DNA from: Terriglobia bacterium | GTDB lineage: Bacteria; Acidobacteriota; Terriglobia; Acidiferrales; UBA7541 | Assembly (NCBI GenBank): GCA_963695545.1 | Contig: OY968796.1 | Span: forward strand, 2,144,001 to 2,208,000 | Length of the DNA stretch: 64,000 nt | Direction of reading: 5' to 3' | In this document: piece by piece, positions 39,537-50,094 of the stretch | Layout of the letters: every line of letters starts with the position of its first letter | How positions within the stretch are numbered: position 1 is the stretch's first letter | Position numbers and translations under genes: made by a program | The notes under the pieces: generated by a model | Database searches by the model: none | Seen by the model: only the letters and a program-made list of their open reading frames with translations | Told to the model about the DNA's origin: nothing

Positions 39537-41030
39537 ATGCCGGAGTGGAAGAAAACATTATTCCTGAATCCGCCGAGCTACGAGGGATTTGATGGCGGCG
39601 CGGGTTCGCGCTATCAGGCGCGGCGCGAAGTGAAATCGTATTGGTATCCGACGTGGCTGGCGCAGCCTGCGGCGATGGTGCCGGGCAGCAAACTGGTGGA
39701 TGCGCCGCCGGACAATCTTTCGGTCGAGCAAGTGGCTCCGATGGCGCGGGATTACGAGCTGGCGATCCTGCACACCAGCACGCCTTCGTTTAAGAATGAC
39801 GCGATGTTTGCCACGCGGCTGAAGGAAGAAAATCCCAGGATTCAGATCGGGATGGTCGGAGCGCACGTGGGCGTGATGCCCATGCAATCATTGAACGGCG
39901 CGCCGGCGGTGGATTGGGTGGGCGTGGGGGAATTCGAGTACGCGTGCCAGGAAATCGCGGCGGGGAAGCCGCTGGCGCAAGTGCAGGGCATCGCGTATCG
40001 CGAAAATGGACGCGTGCAGTTCACTTTGCCGCGGCCGACGCTGGAGGATTTTGACGCGCTGCCGTTCGTGGTGGACGTTTATAAGCGCGATTTGACGATC
40101 GAGCACTATTACAACGGATACTTGAAGCATCCCTACGTTTCGCTCTACACCGGGCGGGGCTGCCGGTCGAAGTGCACGTTCTGTTTGTGGCCGCAGACGC
40201 TGGGTGGTCATCGCTATCGCACGCGCAGCGTGGAGAGCGTCGACGCCGAGATGACGCTGGCCAAGAAATATTTCCCGCAAGTGAAGGAATTTTTCTTTGA
40301 CGACGACACGCTGACCGACGATTTGCCGCGCACCGAACAGATTGCCACGCGCATGTCGCGCATCGGGCTTCAGTGGTCGTGCAACGCCAAGCCCAACGTG
40401 CCGCGGCGCACGCTGGAGATCATGAAGGACAACGGGCTGCGCTTGCTGCTCGTCGGATTCGAGTCCGGCAATCAGGAAATTCTGAACAACATGAAGAAGG
40501 GCACGCGTCTGGATATCGCGCGCAAGTTCGCGAAGGATTGCAAGGAGCTCGGCATCCTGATCCACGGCACGTTCATTCTGGGCATGCCGGGCGAAACGCC
40601 GGAAACCATTCGCCGCACCGTGGAATTTGCGTGCGAAGTCGATCCCGAGACGATTCAGGTTTCGCTCGCCGCGCCGTATCCCGGCACGGAGCTTTATCGC
40701 CAGGCGCACGAGAACGGATGGCTGCAGATTCAGACCGACGATTTGGTGGATACGCACGGCGTGCAGATCGCCGCGCTCAACTATCCCGGCCTGACTTCGA
40801 CGTTCCTGTTCCATTCGGTCGAGAAATTTTATAAACAATTTTATTTCCGCCCGCGCAAAATGTTTTCGCTGGCCGGCGGCATGCTCCGCGATGGGGAAGT
40901 GATGCGCCGCCGCCTCCGCGAGGGCGTGGAATTCTTCAGCTTCCTGTACGCGCATAAGAACGCGCCGTCCTCGGTCGACGTCGCGCCGTCGCTCGCCGGC
41001 GAAACGCCGTCCTCCGGCGCCGGAAGCTGA
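39537..41030 (+). CDS. hpnJ: Hopanoid biosynthesis-associated radical SAM protein
   Basis: LNPPSYEGFDGGAGSRYQARRE, WYPTWLAQPAA, GRGCRSKCTFCLWPQT. Confidence 0.92.
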   Translation: MPEWKKTLFLNPPSYEGFDGGAGSRYQARREVKSYWYPTWLAQPAAMVPGSKLVDAPPDNLSVEQVAPMARDYELAILHTSTPSFKNDAMFATRLKEENPRIQIGMVGAHVGVMPMQSLNGAPAVDWVGVGEFEYACQEIAAGKPLAQVQGIAYRENGRVQFTLPRPTLEDFDALPFVVDVYKRDLTIEHYYNGYLKHPYVSLYTGRGCRSKCTFCLWPQTLGGHRYRTRSVESVDAEMTLAKKYFPQVKEFFFDDDTLTDDLPRTEQIATRMSRIGLQWSCNAKPNVPRRTLEIMKDNGLRLLLVGFESGNQEILNNMKKGTRLDIARKFAKDCKELGILIHGTFILGMPGETPETIRRTVEFACEVDPETIQVSLAAPYPGTELYRQAHENGWLQIQTDDLVDTHGVQIAALNYPGLTSTFLFHSVEKFYKQFYFRPRKMFSLAGGMLRDGEVMRRRLREGVEFFSFLYAHKNAPSSVDVAPSLAGETPSSGAGS

Positions 41031-41350
41031 CCGCGCGCTTGCCGTCGCCCGCGCGTGTCGGGTCTGCGTCGCGGCTTTCGCCGCGTGTCGCGTCGCCGTT
41101 TTCGTCGCGGAAGCGCCGCCGATCAGGTCCCGTCGTCGCCATGAGATTTGTCGCCGCGCCCGGCCGCCGTCGCGTTTTTCTTCGCGGGTTTCGTTGCGGG
41201 TCGCGTTTCCGCTGCGTGCTTCGTCGCGGCAGCGCACCGCCGATCGCGCCGGCCGCGTCGGGCCGCCGTCGTGAGTTTCGTCGCCGCGCCGCGGCCGACC
41301 GCAACGAGCGCGGCATGAGGTAAACTTCGACCGGGCACTGTGCCCATCCC

Positions 41351-41851
41351 ATGCGCTCCGATCGAAGCCTAAGAAGCAAAACCTACATTCTGCTTGCCCT
41401 GATGGTCGTGTTCGGGTCGGTCGGCAACACCGTCCTCGATAAAGGAATGAAGGCCCTCGGCGCCGTCAGTCTCTCGTCCCTCGCTGCAATTCGCGCCGGA
41501 TTTTTCGCCACGATTTCGAGTCCGATCGTTTGGCTCGGCATCGCCTGCATGATCGTCTTCTTCGTCTGCCACATGTTGGCGCTCTCCGGCGCCGACTACA
41601 GTTTCGTGATGCCGTTCTCCGCGCTCACCTACGCGCTCGTGCCGCTGCTCGGATTTCTATTCCTGGGCGAGCACGTGCCCGCGCTGCGCTGGGTGGGAAT
41701 CGTGCTGATCTTCTTCGGCGTGGTGCTCGTCAATCGCACCCCGCCGCGGACCACCGAAACTGTGCGCTCCGCGGAGACCTCGAACGCGATCCGCGCTGCG
41801 CAGTCCGGCGAGGCAATGCGCTCCGCACCTTCCGGCGAGGCCTCGCGCTGA
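41351..41851 (+). CDS. DMT/EamA-superfamily small membrane transporter (ArnE/F-like)
   Basis: Four TM segments; ALS.ADYSFVMP, FLGEHV...RW.GI. Confidence 0.8.
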   Translation: MRSDRSLRSKTYILLALMVVFGSVGNTVLDKGMKALGAVSLSSLAAIRAGFFATISSPIVWLGIACMIVFFVCHMLALSGADYSFVMPFSALTYALVPLLGFLFLGEHVPALRWVGIVLIFFGVVLVNRTPPRTTETVRSAETSNAIRAAQSGEAMRSAPSGEASR

Positions 41852-41852
41852 C

Positions 41853-43427
41853 ATGCGCGTCGCTGCCATTCTGTTGTTCGTCGTGTTGACCGGCACGGGC
41901 GGTGAAATCGCGCTGGCTCACGCCATGAAAATTGTGGGCGAAGTGCAAACGCTCGGGCTGCGGGATGTGCTGCGCGTGGTCGCGCGCGCGTTTACGGTCG
42001 GCTGGCTGTGGCTGGGAATTGGCCTCATGGCCGCTTCGTTCTTCGCGTTCCTCACGATGCTTTCGTGGTACGAGGTCAGCTTCGTCGTTCCGGCAACTTC
42101 GCTAGCTTATGTCGCCGGCGCCATCGGCGCGTGGTTGCTGTTGCGTGAACATTTGAGCGCGGGACGCTGGTCCGGGATTCTGCTGATTTGCTGCGGCGTG
42201 GCTTTCGCCTGGGCGGATCGCACACCGGCGTGGCTCACTGCGCACAACGTGGTTCACGCCCTGCGCTGGATTGTTCTCGCTGCGGCGCTTGGCCCGCTTT
42301 TCTACTACGCCGTGGGAACATTTGCAGCATGGCGATTTTTTCGCTGGGCGCATCGCGAAGCGCGAGCGAGCGCCGCGGATCGCGTTGCGCCGGCCGCATC
42401 GCGTCCCGCGAGTATTCTGAAGCCGCTGCGAGGACTCGATCCCGAGGCGTACGAAAACTTCGCAAGCTTTTGCCTGCAGGATTATCCCGAGTACGAAATT
42501 CTTTTTGCGGTAAGCGACGCGAGCGATCCCGCCGCGCAAGTCGTCGAGCGCTTGATCGCCGACTTTCCGGAGCGCGCCATTCGTTTGATCGTGACGGGCG
42601 CGGCGGCCGGCGCGAATATCAAAGTCTCAAATCTTTGCCGGCTCGTGCGCGAAGCGCGCTACGACTTGCTGGTCGAAAGCGATAGCGACGTGCGCGTCGC
42701 GCCGGATTATTTGCGCGGCGTCGCCGAGCGCATGGCCGAAGCCGGAGTTGGCGGCGTAACGTCGCTCTACCGCGGAATCGCCGCGCCCAACTTGGTGGCG
42801 GCGCTGGATTGCGTCGGTTCTTCAGCCGCATTTTGCGGGGCGGCGCTGGTGGCGCGTGAGCTTGAAGGTCTGAAATTCATGATGGGCTCGACGATCGCAG
42901 TCACGCGGCAGGTTCTTGCCGAAATCGGCGGATTCGAGGCGCTCGTCGAATTGCACTCCGACGATTACGAACTGGGACGCCGCATCGCCGCGCGCGGCTG
43001 GCGGATTGAATTGACGGCCGAGCCGGTGGAAATGATTTTTCCGAAGGAAACACTAGGCGGCTATCTGCGCCACGAACTGCGTTGGTTCATCGGCATTCGC
43101 CATGTTCGGCCGGGCGGTCACTTGGGCATGTTGTTCACGCACGGATTGCCTCTCGCGATTCTCGCGGCGCTGCTCGCGCCTTCGGCAGCCATCGCGGCGG
43201 CGTATCTCGGCGGCTACGCGGTTCTGCGGTTCGCGATGGCGTGGACCGTCGGCGTGTGGGGTTTGCGCGATCCGGTTGTGCGCCGCAACTGGTATCTTTT
43301 GCCGCTGCGCGATGCGCTCGCGTTCGTGGTGTGGCTCGCGAGTTTTGGAATGAATCGAATCGAATGGCGCGGCAATCGCTTTCGCTTGGAACGCGGGCGC
43401 ATGATTCCGCTCGCGCCGCGCGGTTGA
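41853..43427 (+). CDS. hpnI: Fusion of a DMT/EamA domain with hopanoid glycosyltransferase HpnI (GT2/GT21-like)
   Basis: N-terminal ~120 aa DMT (VSFVVPAT, LLREHL...RW.GI), then SILKPLRG, QDYPEYE, NIKVSNL, SDSDV, DDYELG, ELRW, IEWRG. Confidence 0.85.
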   Translation: MRVAAILLFVVLTGTGGEIALAHAMKIVGEVQTLGLRDVLRVVARAFTVGWLWLGIGLMAASFFAFLTMLSWYEVSFVVPATSLAYVAGAIGAWLLLREHLSAGRWSGILLICCGVAFAWADRTPAWLTAHNVVHALRWIVLAAALGPLFYYAVGTFAAWRFFRWAHREARASAADRVAPAASRPASILKPLRGLDPEAYENFASFCLQDYPEYEILFAVSDASDPAAQVVERLIADFPERAIRLIVTGAAAGANIKVSNLCRLVREARYDLLVESDSDVRVAPDYLRGVAERMAEAGVGGVTSLYRGIAAPNLVAALDCVGSSAAFCGAALVARELEGLKFMMGSTIAVTRQVLAEIGGFEALVELHSDDYELGRRIAARGWRIELTAEPVEMIFPKETLGGYLRHELRWFIGIRHVRPGGHLGMLFTHGLPLAILAALLAPSAAIAAAYLGGYAVLRFAMAWTVGVWGLRDPVVRRNWYLLPLRDALAFVVWLASFGMNRIEWRGNRFRLERGRMIPLAPRG

Positions 43428-43519
43428 CGGCTCGCGCAATCCTGCATAAAGTAGTGTGCGGGTCGTGGCGCGATGATTCGAGTTGCGCACGGCCCGTTTC
43501 TGTCGCCGTGCCTCTCGGC

Positions 43520-43594
43520 TGGGAGGTCGTACAATCGGCAGTACATCAGATTCTGGATCTGATTATCCTGGTTCGAGTCCAGGCCTCCCAGCCA
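43520..43594 (+). tRNA. tRNA-Gln (anticodon CTG)
   Basis: tgggagg/cctccca acceptor stem; tcaga-ttCTGga-tctga anticodon arm; GGTTCGAGTCC T-loop; encoded CCA. Confidence 0.96.
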
Positions 43595-43666
43595 AACTAC
43601 TTCACGCTTACAGGCTGTTCGCCGTGGGACGACGCGGTCGGAGATGCGCGATTTGCGTGAGCGATC

Positions 43667-46330
43667 ATGACAGCTGAAGAATCCCGCCTGGAAGGATCCC
43701 GCAAGCGCACTTCGCATTGGAAGCGCTGGGGTCCGTATCTCTCCGAACGCCAATGGGGCACGGTGCGCGAGGATTACAGCGCGTACGGCACCGCCTGGGA
43801 ATATTTTTCGCACGATCACGCGCGTTCGCGCGCGTATCGCTGGGGCGAAGACGGCATTGCCGGCATTTCCGATCGCCATCAGCACATCTGCTTCGCGCTC
43901 GCCATGTGGAACACGCGCGACTCCATTCTGAAGGAGCGCCTGTTCGGCCTCACTGGAAACGAAGGCAATCACGGAGAAGACGTCAAAGAGTGTTACTTCT
44001 ATCTCGATTCCACACCGACGCATTCCTACATGAAATTTCTCTACAAATATCCTCAAGCTGCGTTCCCATATACGCAGTTGGTCGAAGAGAATCGCCGCAG
44101 GACGCGGATGGACCCGGAATACGAACTGCTGGACACCGGCGTTTTTGAGGAGAGCCGTTACTTCGACGTGTTCGTCGAATATGCGAAGCCATCCGTGGAA
44201 GAGATGCTGGTTCGCGTGACGGCGTTTAATCGCGGGCCCGAGAAGGCCGATCTGGCGTTGCTGCCGACGCTGTGGTTCCGCGACCTGTGGTCCTGGGGAC
44301 GCCGACCGGGGCGTCCGAAACTCTGGCGAGATAAGGAAATCGCCGACGGAGTGGTGATCGGAATCGACGAGTATCGCTACGGCAAGCGCTGGCTGGTGGC
44401 CGAAGGGCGCCCGGAACTGATCTTCACCGAAAATGAGACGAATTTTGCGCGCTTGTTCGGCATGCCGAACCGCACGCCGTACGCGAAGGACGCGTTCCAT
44501 GAATTCGTCGTGCACGGGAATAGCGCCGCCGTGAATCCAGCCGGCACGGGCACGAAGGTGGCGGCGCTCACGCGGCATTCGATTGCGCCGGGCGCGAGCG
44601 CGTCGGTGCGATTGCGATTTACAAATCGCGATCCCACAAAGAGTGCCGGGCCGAAGTCCGGCAAAATGTTTGGGAAGGACTTCGACGAGGTTTTCGCCCA
44701 CCGCATCGCCGAAGCTGACGAGTTTTACGCGGAGCGCATCTCGCCCGAGCTCACGCCCGATGCGCGAAGCGTGCAGCGGCAAGCGCTGGCCGGAATGCTG
44801 CTCACGAAGCAGTCCTATCACTATGAAGTGCGCACGTGGCTCGACGGCGATCCCGCATATTCGCCGCCTCCGCAGCAGCGCAAGCGGGGCCGCAACCACG
44901 ATTGGAAGCATTTGTACAACGCGGATGTGATCTCCATGCCCGACAAGTGGGAATATCCGTGGTACGCCGCGTGGGACCTGGCCTTTCACACGGTGGCGCT
45001 GACGCTTGTCGATCCGGACTTCGCGAAAGAACAGCTGATCCTGCTGCTACGCGAATGGTACATGCATCCGAGCGGAAAATTACCCGCGTATGAGTGGGCC
45101 TTCGACGACGTGAATCCGCCGGTGCACGCCTGGGCGGCGTGGCGCGTTTACAAAATCGAAAAAAGAATACGCGGGCGCGCCGACCGCAATTTTCTTCAGC
45201 GCGTGTTTCACAAACTGCTTCTGAATTTTACCTGGTGGGTGAACCGCAAAGACGTGAAGGGAATGAACGTGTTTGAGGGCGGGTTCCTGGGCCTCGACAA
45301 TATCGGCGTTTTCGACCGCTCGAAGCCGCTGCCGACCGGCGGGCACATGGAGCAGTCCGACGGCACGAGCTGGATGGGCATGTATTGCCTAAACATGCTG
45401 GCGATGGCGCTGGAACTCGCGCGCGACGACCCCGCCTACGAAGACGTGGCCAGCAAATTCCTCGAGCACTTCGTCTACATCGCGCAGGCCATGAACGAAC
45501 ACGGCGAGGACGGCACGTCACTATGGGATGAAGAGGACGGCTTTTACTACGACGCGCTGCATTTTCCCGATGGTTCGCAGCGCTTCATGAAAGTGCGCTC
45601 GATGGTGGGATTGATTCCACTGTTCGCCACGGAGACGCTGGAGCCGGAAATGCTTTCGTCGCTTCCCGGATTTACGGCACGCATGCAATGGTTTCTCGAC
45701 AATATGCCAGCGGTATCTCCCTACGTGGATATGAGCCAGAATTCGGCGGGCGGCCCGCGGCGATTGCTTTCGCTGGTGACGCGCCCGCGCCTTCTGCGCA
45801 TTCTGCACAAAATGCTGGATCGGGAGGAGTTCCTTTCCGACCACGGCATTCGATCGCTTTCGCGCATTCACCTGCAAAATCCCTACGTGCTGCGCATCGA
45901 CGGCACGGAGTATCGCGTGGGATATGAGCCGGGCGAGAGCACGACCGGGACGTTTGGCGGCAACTCGAACTGGCGAGGGCCGATTTGGTTCCCCGTGAAT
46001 TTCCTGCTCATCGAAGCGCTGCAAAAATTCCATTATTATTACGGCGATCAGCTCACCGTGGAATTTCCCACCGACTCTCGCCAGCCGATGAGCCTGTGGC
46101 AAGTTGCAGCCGAGCTTTCGCGCCGATTGACGCATATTTTTCTGCGCTCGAAGGACGGAGCGCGCCCTGTGTACGGCGGCTGCCAGACGTTTCAGTCCGA
46201 TCCACAATGGCGCGATTTGATATGGTTCTACGAATATTTCAACGGCGACACCGCCGCGGGCCTGGGCGCGAATCATCAGACGGGATGGACGGGCCTGGTG
46301 GCGAAATTGCTCGAGCAAAGCGGAGAATAA
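43667..46330 (+). CDS. GH63 / MGH1-like glucosidase
   Basis: [52 protein letters not shown]. Confidence 0.9.
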   Translation: MTAEESRLEGSRKRTSHWKRWGPYLSERQWGTVREDYSAYGTAWEYFSHDHARSRAYRWGEDGIAGISDRHQHICFALAMWNTRDSILKERLFGLTGNEGNHGEDVKECYFYLDSTPTHSYMKFLYKYPQAAFPYTQLVEENRRRTRMDPEYELLDTGVFEESRYFDVFVEYAKPSVEEMLVRVTAFNRGPEKADLALLPTLWFRDLWSWGRRPGRPKLWRDKEIADGVVIGIDEYRYGKRWLVAEGRPELIFTENETNFARLFGMPNRTPYAKDAFHEFVVHGNSAAVNPAGTGTKVAALTRHSIAPGASASVRLRFTNRDPTKSAGPKSGKMFGKDFDEVFAHRIAEADEFYAERISPELTPDARSVQRQALAGMLLTKQSYHYEVRTWLDGDPAYSPPPQQRKRGRNHDWKHLYNADVISMPDKWEYPWYAAWDLAFHTVALTLVDPDFAKEQLILLLREWYMHPSGKLPAYEWAFDDVNPPVHAWAAWRVYKIEKRIRGRADRNFLQRVFHKLLLNFTWWVNRKDVKGMNVFEGGFLGLDNIGVFDRSKPLPTGGHMEQSDGTSWMGMYCLNMLAMALELARDDPAYEDVASKFLEHFVYIAQAMNEHGEDGTSLWDEEDGFYYDALHFPDGSQRFMKVRSMVGLIPLFATETLEPEMLSSLPGFTARMQWFLDNMPAVSPYVDMSQNSAGGPRRLLSLVTRPRLLRILHKMLDREEFLSDHGIRSLSRIHLQNPYVLRIDGTEYRVGYEPGESTTGTFGGNSNWRGPIWFPVNFLLIEALQKFHYYYGDQLTVEFPTDSRQPMSLWQVAAELSRRLTHIFLRSKDGARPVYGGCQTFQSDPQWRDLIWFYEYFNGDTAAGLGANHQTGWTGLVAKLLEQSGE

Positions 46331-46333
46331 CCG

Positions 46334-47050
46334 GTGCCATTTGACGACAAAGTCGTGCTGGTCGCGGGCGGAACCGGGGCATTGGGCCGGGAAGTGGCCA
46401 TGGCCTTTCTGGAAGCGGGCGCGCGCGTCGCGGTCACCTATCAGCACGAGGAAGAGTTTGCCGCGTTCGTCGCGGCGGCCGAGCGAACCGGCTCGGCTGT
46501 GCCGGAGGGCGCGTCACTCGACGTGACCGATCTTGCGGCAGTCGAAAAATATGTTGCCGAGCTTGCGGCGCGGTACGGGCGCCTCGATATCCTGGTGAAT
46601 GCGGTGGGCGGCTACGCGGGCGGCAAGAATGTTTGGGAAGCGGGCGCCGCGGACTACGATCGGATGATGACGCTCAATTTCAAATCAGGGTTCGCTCTCG
46701 CGCACGGCGTTGTTCCGGTGATGATCCGGCAGAATCGCGGCTGGATCGTCAACGTGGCGTCCAAAGCGGCATACGGACATTCGCCGGGCGCGGCGTTGTA
46801 CGCGGCGTCAAAAGCCGCGGCGCTGGTGCTGATCGAATCGCTAGCCGAAGAGGTGAAGCCTTACAACATCAACGTGAATTCGATCGTGCCGTCGATCTTC
46901 GATACCGCGGCCAATCGCCGCGCGATGCCCAAGGCCGACTTCTCCAAATGGCCGAAACCTGAGGAGATCGCTCGCGTTGTGTTATTTTTGTGCTCGGAAG
47001 ATGCGCGGCTGATTAATGGCGCCGCAATTCCGGTTTACGGCCGCAGCTAG
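46334..47050 (+). CDS. Short-chain dehydrogenase/reductase
   Basis: GGTGALG, YAASK, NVNSIVP. Confidence 0.9.
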   Translation: MPFDDKVVLVAGGTGALGREVAMAFLEAGARVAVTYQHEEEFAAFVAAAERTGSAVPEGASLDVTDLAAVEKYVAELAARYGRLDILVNAVGGYAGGKNVWEAGAADYDRMMTLNFKSGFALAHGVVPVMIRQNRGWIVNVASKAAYGHSPGAALYAASKAAALVLIESLAEEVKPYNINVNSIVPSIFDTAANRRAMPKADFSKWPKPEEIARVVLFLCSEDARLINGAAIPVYGRS

Positions 47051-47059
47051 GGAGCGCCG

Positions 47060-47641
47060 CTAAGATCGACGCGCTTCTTCTTCCAGCTCGATTAGGATTT
47101 TCTTTCCCTGCGCGGCGTCGACCAGAAAAAAATTGATGCGCGCGCGATCCGCGCCCGGGCGCGCTTGCGGATAAATCGGCTGGAGCGCGAATCGCGATTT
47201 CAGTATCTCGGTCGCGCGATCCACGTCCGACGTCGCGATCTCAGTGTGCTGGATGTTGCTGCCAAATTTCCTGAGAAAGCGCGCGATCGCGCCGTCGCCC
47301 GAAGCGTCGCGAGTGGTCAGCACTTCGATACGCGCTTCCACTCCAACATTGACATGAAATTCCAGCGCGTCTTGCTCCGGCGGCACGTCGGCGAGGCGCG
47401 GCGATCCGTTGGCGCTGCGAATTGCGGCGAAGCGACCGGGCTCGACCGCGAGTCCGGCGGTGAATATGGGCGCGCTAATTAGGCGGGCAAATTCGGGATC
47501 CTGCGACCACGCGCGCACAAGTGGCTCGGCTGTATCGCACGCGATGCGGAAAATTGAGAGCGCGGCGGCTTCGCGTTGGTCGCGGCGCGCGCTTGCGAGC
47601 GATGAAATCGCCGCGGCGATGGCATCTTCGCGCTCGGACAT
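47060..47641 (-). CDS. VOC/glyoxalase-fold protein (methylmalonyl-CoA epimerase-like C-terminus)
   Basis: RIEVL...IARFLRKFG..IQH..I...DV...RPGA....INF...KILIELEE pattern. Confidence 0.6.
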   Translation of the reverse strand: MSEREDAIAAAISSLASARRDQREAAALSIFRIACDTAEPLVRAWSQDPEFARLISAPIFTAGLAVEPGRFAAIRSANGSPRLADVPPEQDALEFHVNVGVEARIEVLTTRDASGDGAIARFLRKFGSNIQHTEIATSDVDRATEILKSRFALQPIYPQARPGADRARINFFLVDAAQGKKILIELEEEARRS

Positions 47642-47646
47642 TCGCG

Positions 47647-48564
47647 TTACTGCGCGGGCATTACGGGTGCGGTGGCGTTCAGGTTCGTGAGCTGAATATC
47701 AGTTGTCTGGCCGGCGCGCACGGGAATCTCGACATCCCACGCTTGGCGGATGTCTCCGGCTTGCGCGACGGCGCTGAGCGTGCCGAGCCAGTAGTCGCCC
47801 GGAGGAACGGCGCTCATCGAGCCGCGACCGTCGAGATCGGAATCGGTCTGGGCCGCAAGGTACTCGGTCTGCGCCAGGCGCAGCGTGCGCTTCTCGACGC
47901 GGTCGCGTTCGGCCGCGACTAACGCGTACCATTTTTGGCTGGCATTCAGATCGGTGAGTTCCGCGTCCATACCGTCCTTGCTTGTGGGGTTGGTGACCGC
48001 GAAGTGGAGCACGGCCGCACGGTACTCTTTTAATTCGAGAGCATATTTGTCTGGATCCTTCTGCAAATCGCCCTCGTGATATTTCGGTTCGGGGAATCCG
48101 GAACCCGGCAGGCCGGAATTGTAGGTCACATAAGCCTTCATGAATTCCGGAACGTCAAGAATCGCTTCCGGCGTGAGCTTATGCGTGAAGTCCGAACCCG
48201 CAAGCTCCACCGATTGATTTGTTTTCATCCAGGCTTTCAGTTCCGGCGAAACCGTGAGCGCGTCGATGAACGCGTCGAGCTGCGGCGGCGGATCGGCGGC
48301 CTGCACTTCGGCGTGGAGATCGGCCAGGCTTCTGCGCAAAAGATAAAACGTGAATTGGCGCACGGGCTGGGGCCGTCCGTCGGTTGGCGTCACGCTGGCG
48401 ACGAATTCAACCGAGCCGGTCGGCGCGGCTTGTTGCTGCGATGCCGCGTTTTGCGCGCGCGCAACGGTCCAGCTGCCCAGCGCGACGAGCGCGGCAATTG
48501 CCAATCCGGCGCGCTGGAGCGGACGGGTGCGATTCATAAATTTATCGGTGTGCATGCGATTCAT
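47647..48564 (-). CDS. Secreted hypothetical protein
   Basis: Signal peptide (..VARAQ); C-terminal VPPGDYW...IPVRAGQ beta-sandwich-like segment; alternative start 48537. Confidence 0.7.
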   Translation of the reverse strand: MNRMHTDKFMNRTRPLQRAGLAIAALVALGSWTVARAQNAASQQQAAPTGSVEFVASVTPTDGRPQPVRQFTFYLLRRSLADLHAEVQAADPPPQLDAFIDALTVSPELKAWMKTNQSVELAGSDFTHKLTPEAILDVPEFMKAYVTYNSGLPGSGFPEPKYHEGDLQKDPDKYALELKEYRAAVLHFAVTNPTSKDGMDAELTDLNASQKWYALVAAERDRVEKRTLRLAQTEYLAAQTDSDLDGRGSMSAVPPGDYWLGTLSAVAQAGDIRQAWDVEIPVRAGQTTDIQLTNLNATAPVMPAQ

Positions 48565-48628
48565 CCTAGCAGAACTGCGGAAGAATTTTGATGCGCGGCG
48601 CGCGCGAGATCGCGCGTGTGATACTAGG

Positions 48629-49837
48629 TCACAGCAGACGGAAAGTGACTTCGATCTCCGTGAGCGTGGCCACCGGCTTGCCGTCCGGGCCAGACGCAGG
48701 TTTGAAGCGCCAACCCTTCACGGCCTCGACCGCTTGCTCATCGAGACCCAGGCCCAGGCCCTTCACGACCTGAATCTGAATTCCGCGGCCGTCAGGCGTG
48801 ATGATGGCTTGCAGAAGAACCGTGCCCTGATATTTTGCCTTGCGCGCTTCATCGGAAAAACTCGGACGCGGGCAGTAGAGGCAAGTGGGGTAGCCGACTC
48901 CGCCGGTTCCGGGGCGGAAAACTCCGCCGCCCGTGCCGCCGCCTTCGCCGGGACCGACGCCGCCGCCTTCACCGCTGCCAACGCCGCCGCCGTTACCGCT
49001 TCCGATTCCTGAGCCCGTGCCGGTGCCGCTCGAGTCGGTGACCGAAGCCGCGAGCGGATCGCCGTAGTTCGGCATGTTGGGGCTCGGCAGCTTCAAATCG
49101 GGCGGACCGAGAACGGTGGGCACGGCGGGCAGCCGCGGGTTCGGATTCTTGATCACCACCATCGGCGGCGTCAGCTGCGTCATGGAAAATTTCGGCAACT
49201 TGCCCTTGGAGGCCGCGACTAAGCTGTGCTCGCCACCACCGCCGCCGCCGCCCGCTGGTTTCGCGCCGGCCGGAAGCTTGGCCTCGTAAGGCGAGACGTC
49301 CGTATCATAAAGCATGGCCTTCACGGTCGGATTGCTGCCTGAAACCACGTGATGGATCAGCGGCACAACAAGCAAGACGATCAGCACGAGGTGCACGGCG
49401 AGCGAAATCCCCTGCGACGGACCGAAGGCTTTGTTGCGGCTCCAAATTTCTTTCACTTTTACGGGCTGGCTCGTGACCTTGAGCGGCGGCAACTTCGGCG
49501 GCGAGATTGCGTCGCGCAGATTTTGCAAAAATGTGCGGTGCCACGCCTGCCAATCGACGGACATGCGCGACGGCGCGGCGCCGCGGGCGATTCTGGGACC
49601 GCTGCTGAAATATTCCTTGAGGTTGGCTATGAAACCGGTGCCGAAACCCTCCTGGGTGAAGGCGGTGGGTCCGCTGCCGCTCACTCTCACGGGGCGCTCG
49701 GTCAAGAATTCCTTTACGTTGGAAATGAAGCCATCGGAGAGCGCGCGGTCGGCGGCGCCAAAATGAGGCGAGTTCTCACCGGCGGGCAAGTTGACTCCCT
49801 TGCCGGTTGATCCTGTGAGGTTTAAATCGTCTGCCAT
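48629..49837 (-). CDS. Energy transducer TonB family protein
   Basis: TM with SLAVH, Pro/Gly-rich linker, TonB_C domain (EARKAKYQGTV, GLGLDEQAVEAVKGWRFKPA). Confidence 0.88.
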   Translation of the reverse strand: MADDLNLTGSTGKGVNLPAGENSPHFGAADRALSDGFISNVKEFLTERPVRVSGSGPTAFTQEGFGTGFIANLKEYFSSGPRIARGAAPSRMSVDWQAWHRTFLQNLRDAISPPKLPPLKVTSQPVKVKEIWSRNKAFGPSQGISLAVHLVLIVLLVVPLIHHVVSGSNPTVKAMLYDTDVSPYEAKLPAGAKPAGGGGGGGEHSLVAASKGKLPKFSMTQLTPPMVVIKNPNPRLPAVPTVLGPPDLKLPSPNMPNYGDPLAASVTDSSGTGTGSGIGSGNGGGVGSGEGGGVGPGEGGGTGGGVFRPGTGGVGYPTCLYCPRPSFSDEARKAKYQGTVLLQAIITPDGRGIQIQVVKGLGLGLDEQAVEAVKGWRFKPASGPDGKPVATLTEIEVTFRLL

Positions 49838-50094
49838 GTCAGTTGTATAGCCTATTCGAGGCCCTTGTGTCTCTGGCGTTCCGGCTCACTGCACAGCTTA
49901 GATTCTACCCTGCCAGAAAGGATGCCTCCCGCCCGAAGCTGACACGCTGGGTAATCCATTGTAACATACGACGTTTCCGTCGGCAGGCTGGTTTCCCGTG
50001 TGGGCCTGGCCAGCGCCCGCGCGGCGCCCCGCGCGTGTAGTGTAGTATAGACGAGGCGCGCAAATCCTGTCCTGCGAATCGGACACTCCAAAAA

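Noticed and set aside
43520..43670. tRNA-Gln as an integration site for a genomic island
   Set aside because: No integrase, no duplicated tRNA 3' end seen, and the flanking genes look native
49840..50094. T-box or riboswitch leader before ileS
   Set aside because: No T-box consensus or terminator/antiterminator recognisable; looks like a simple divergent promoter region
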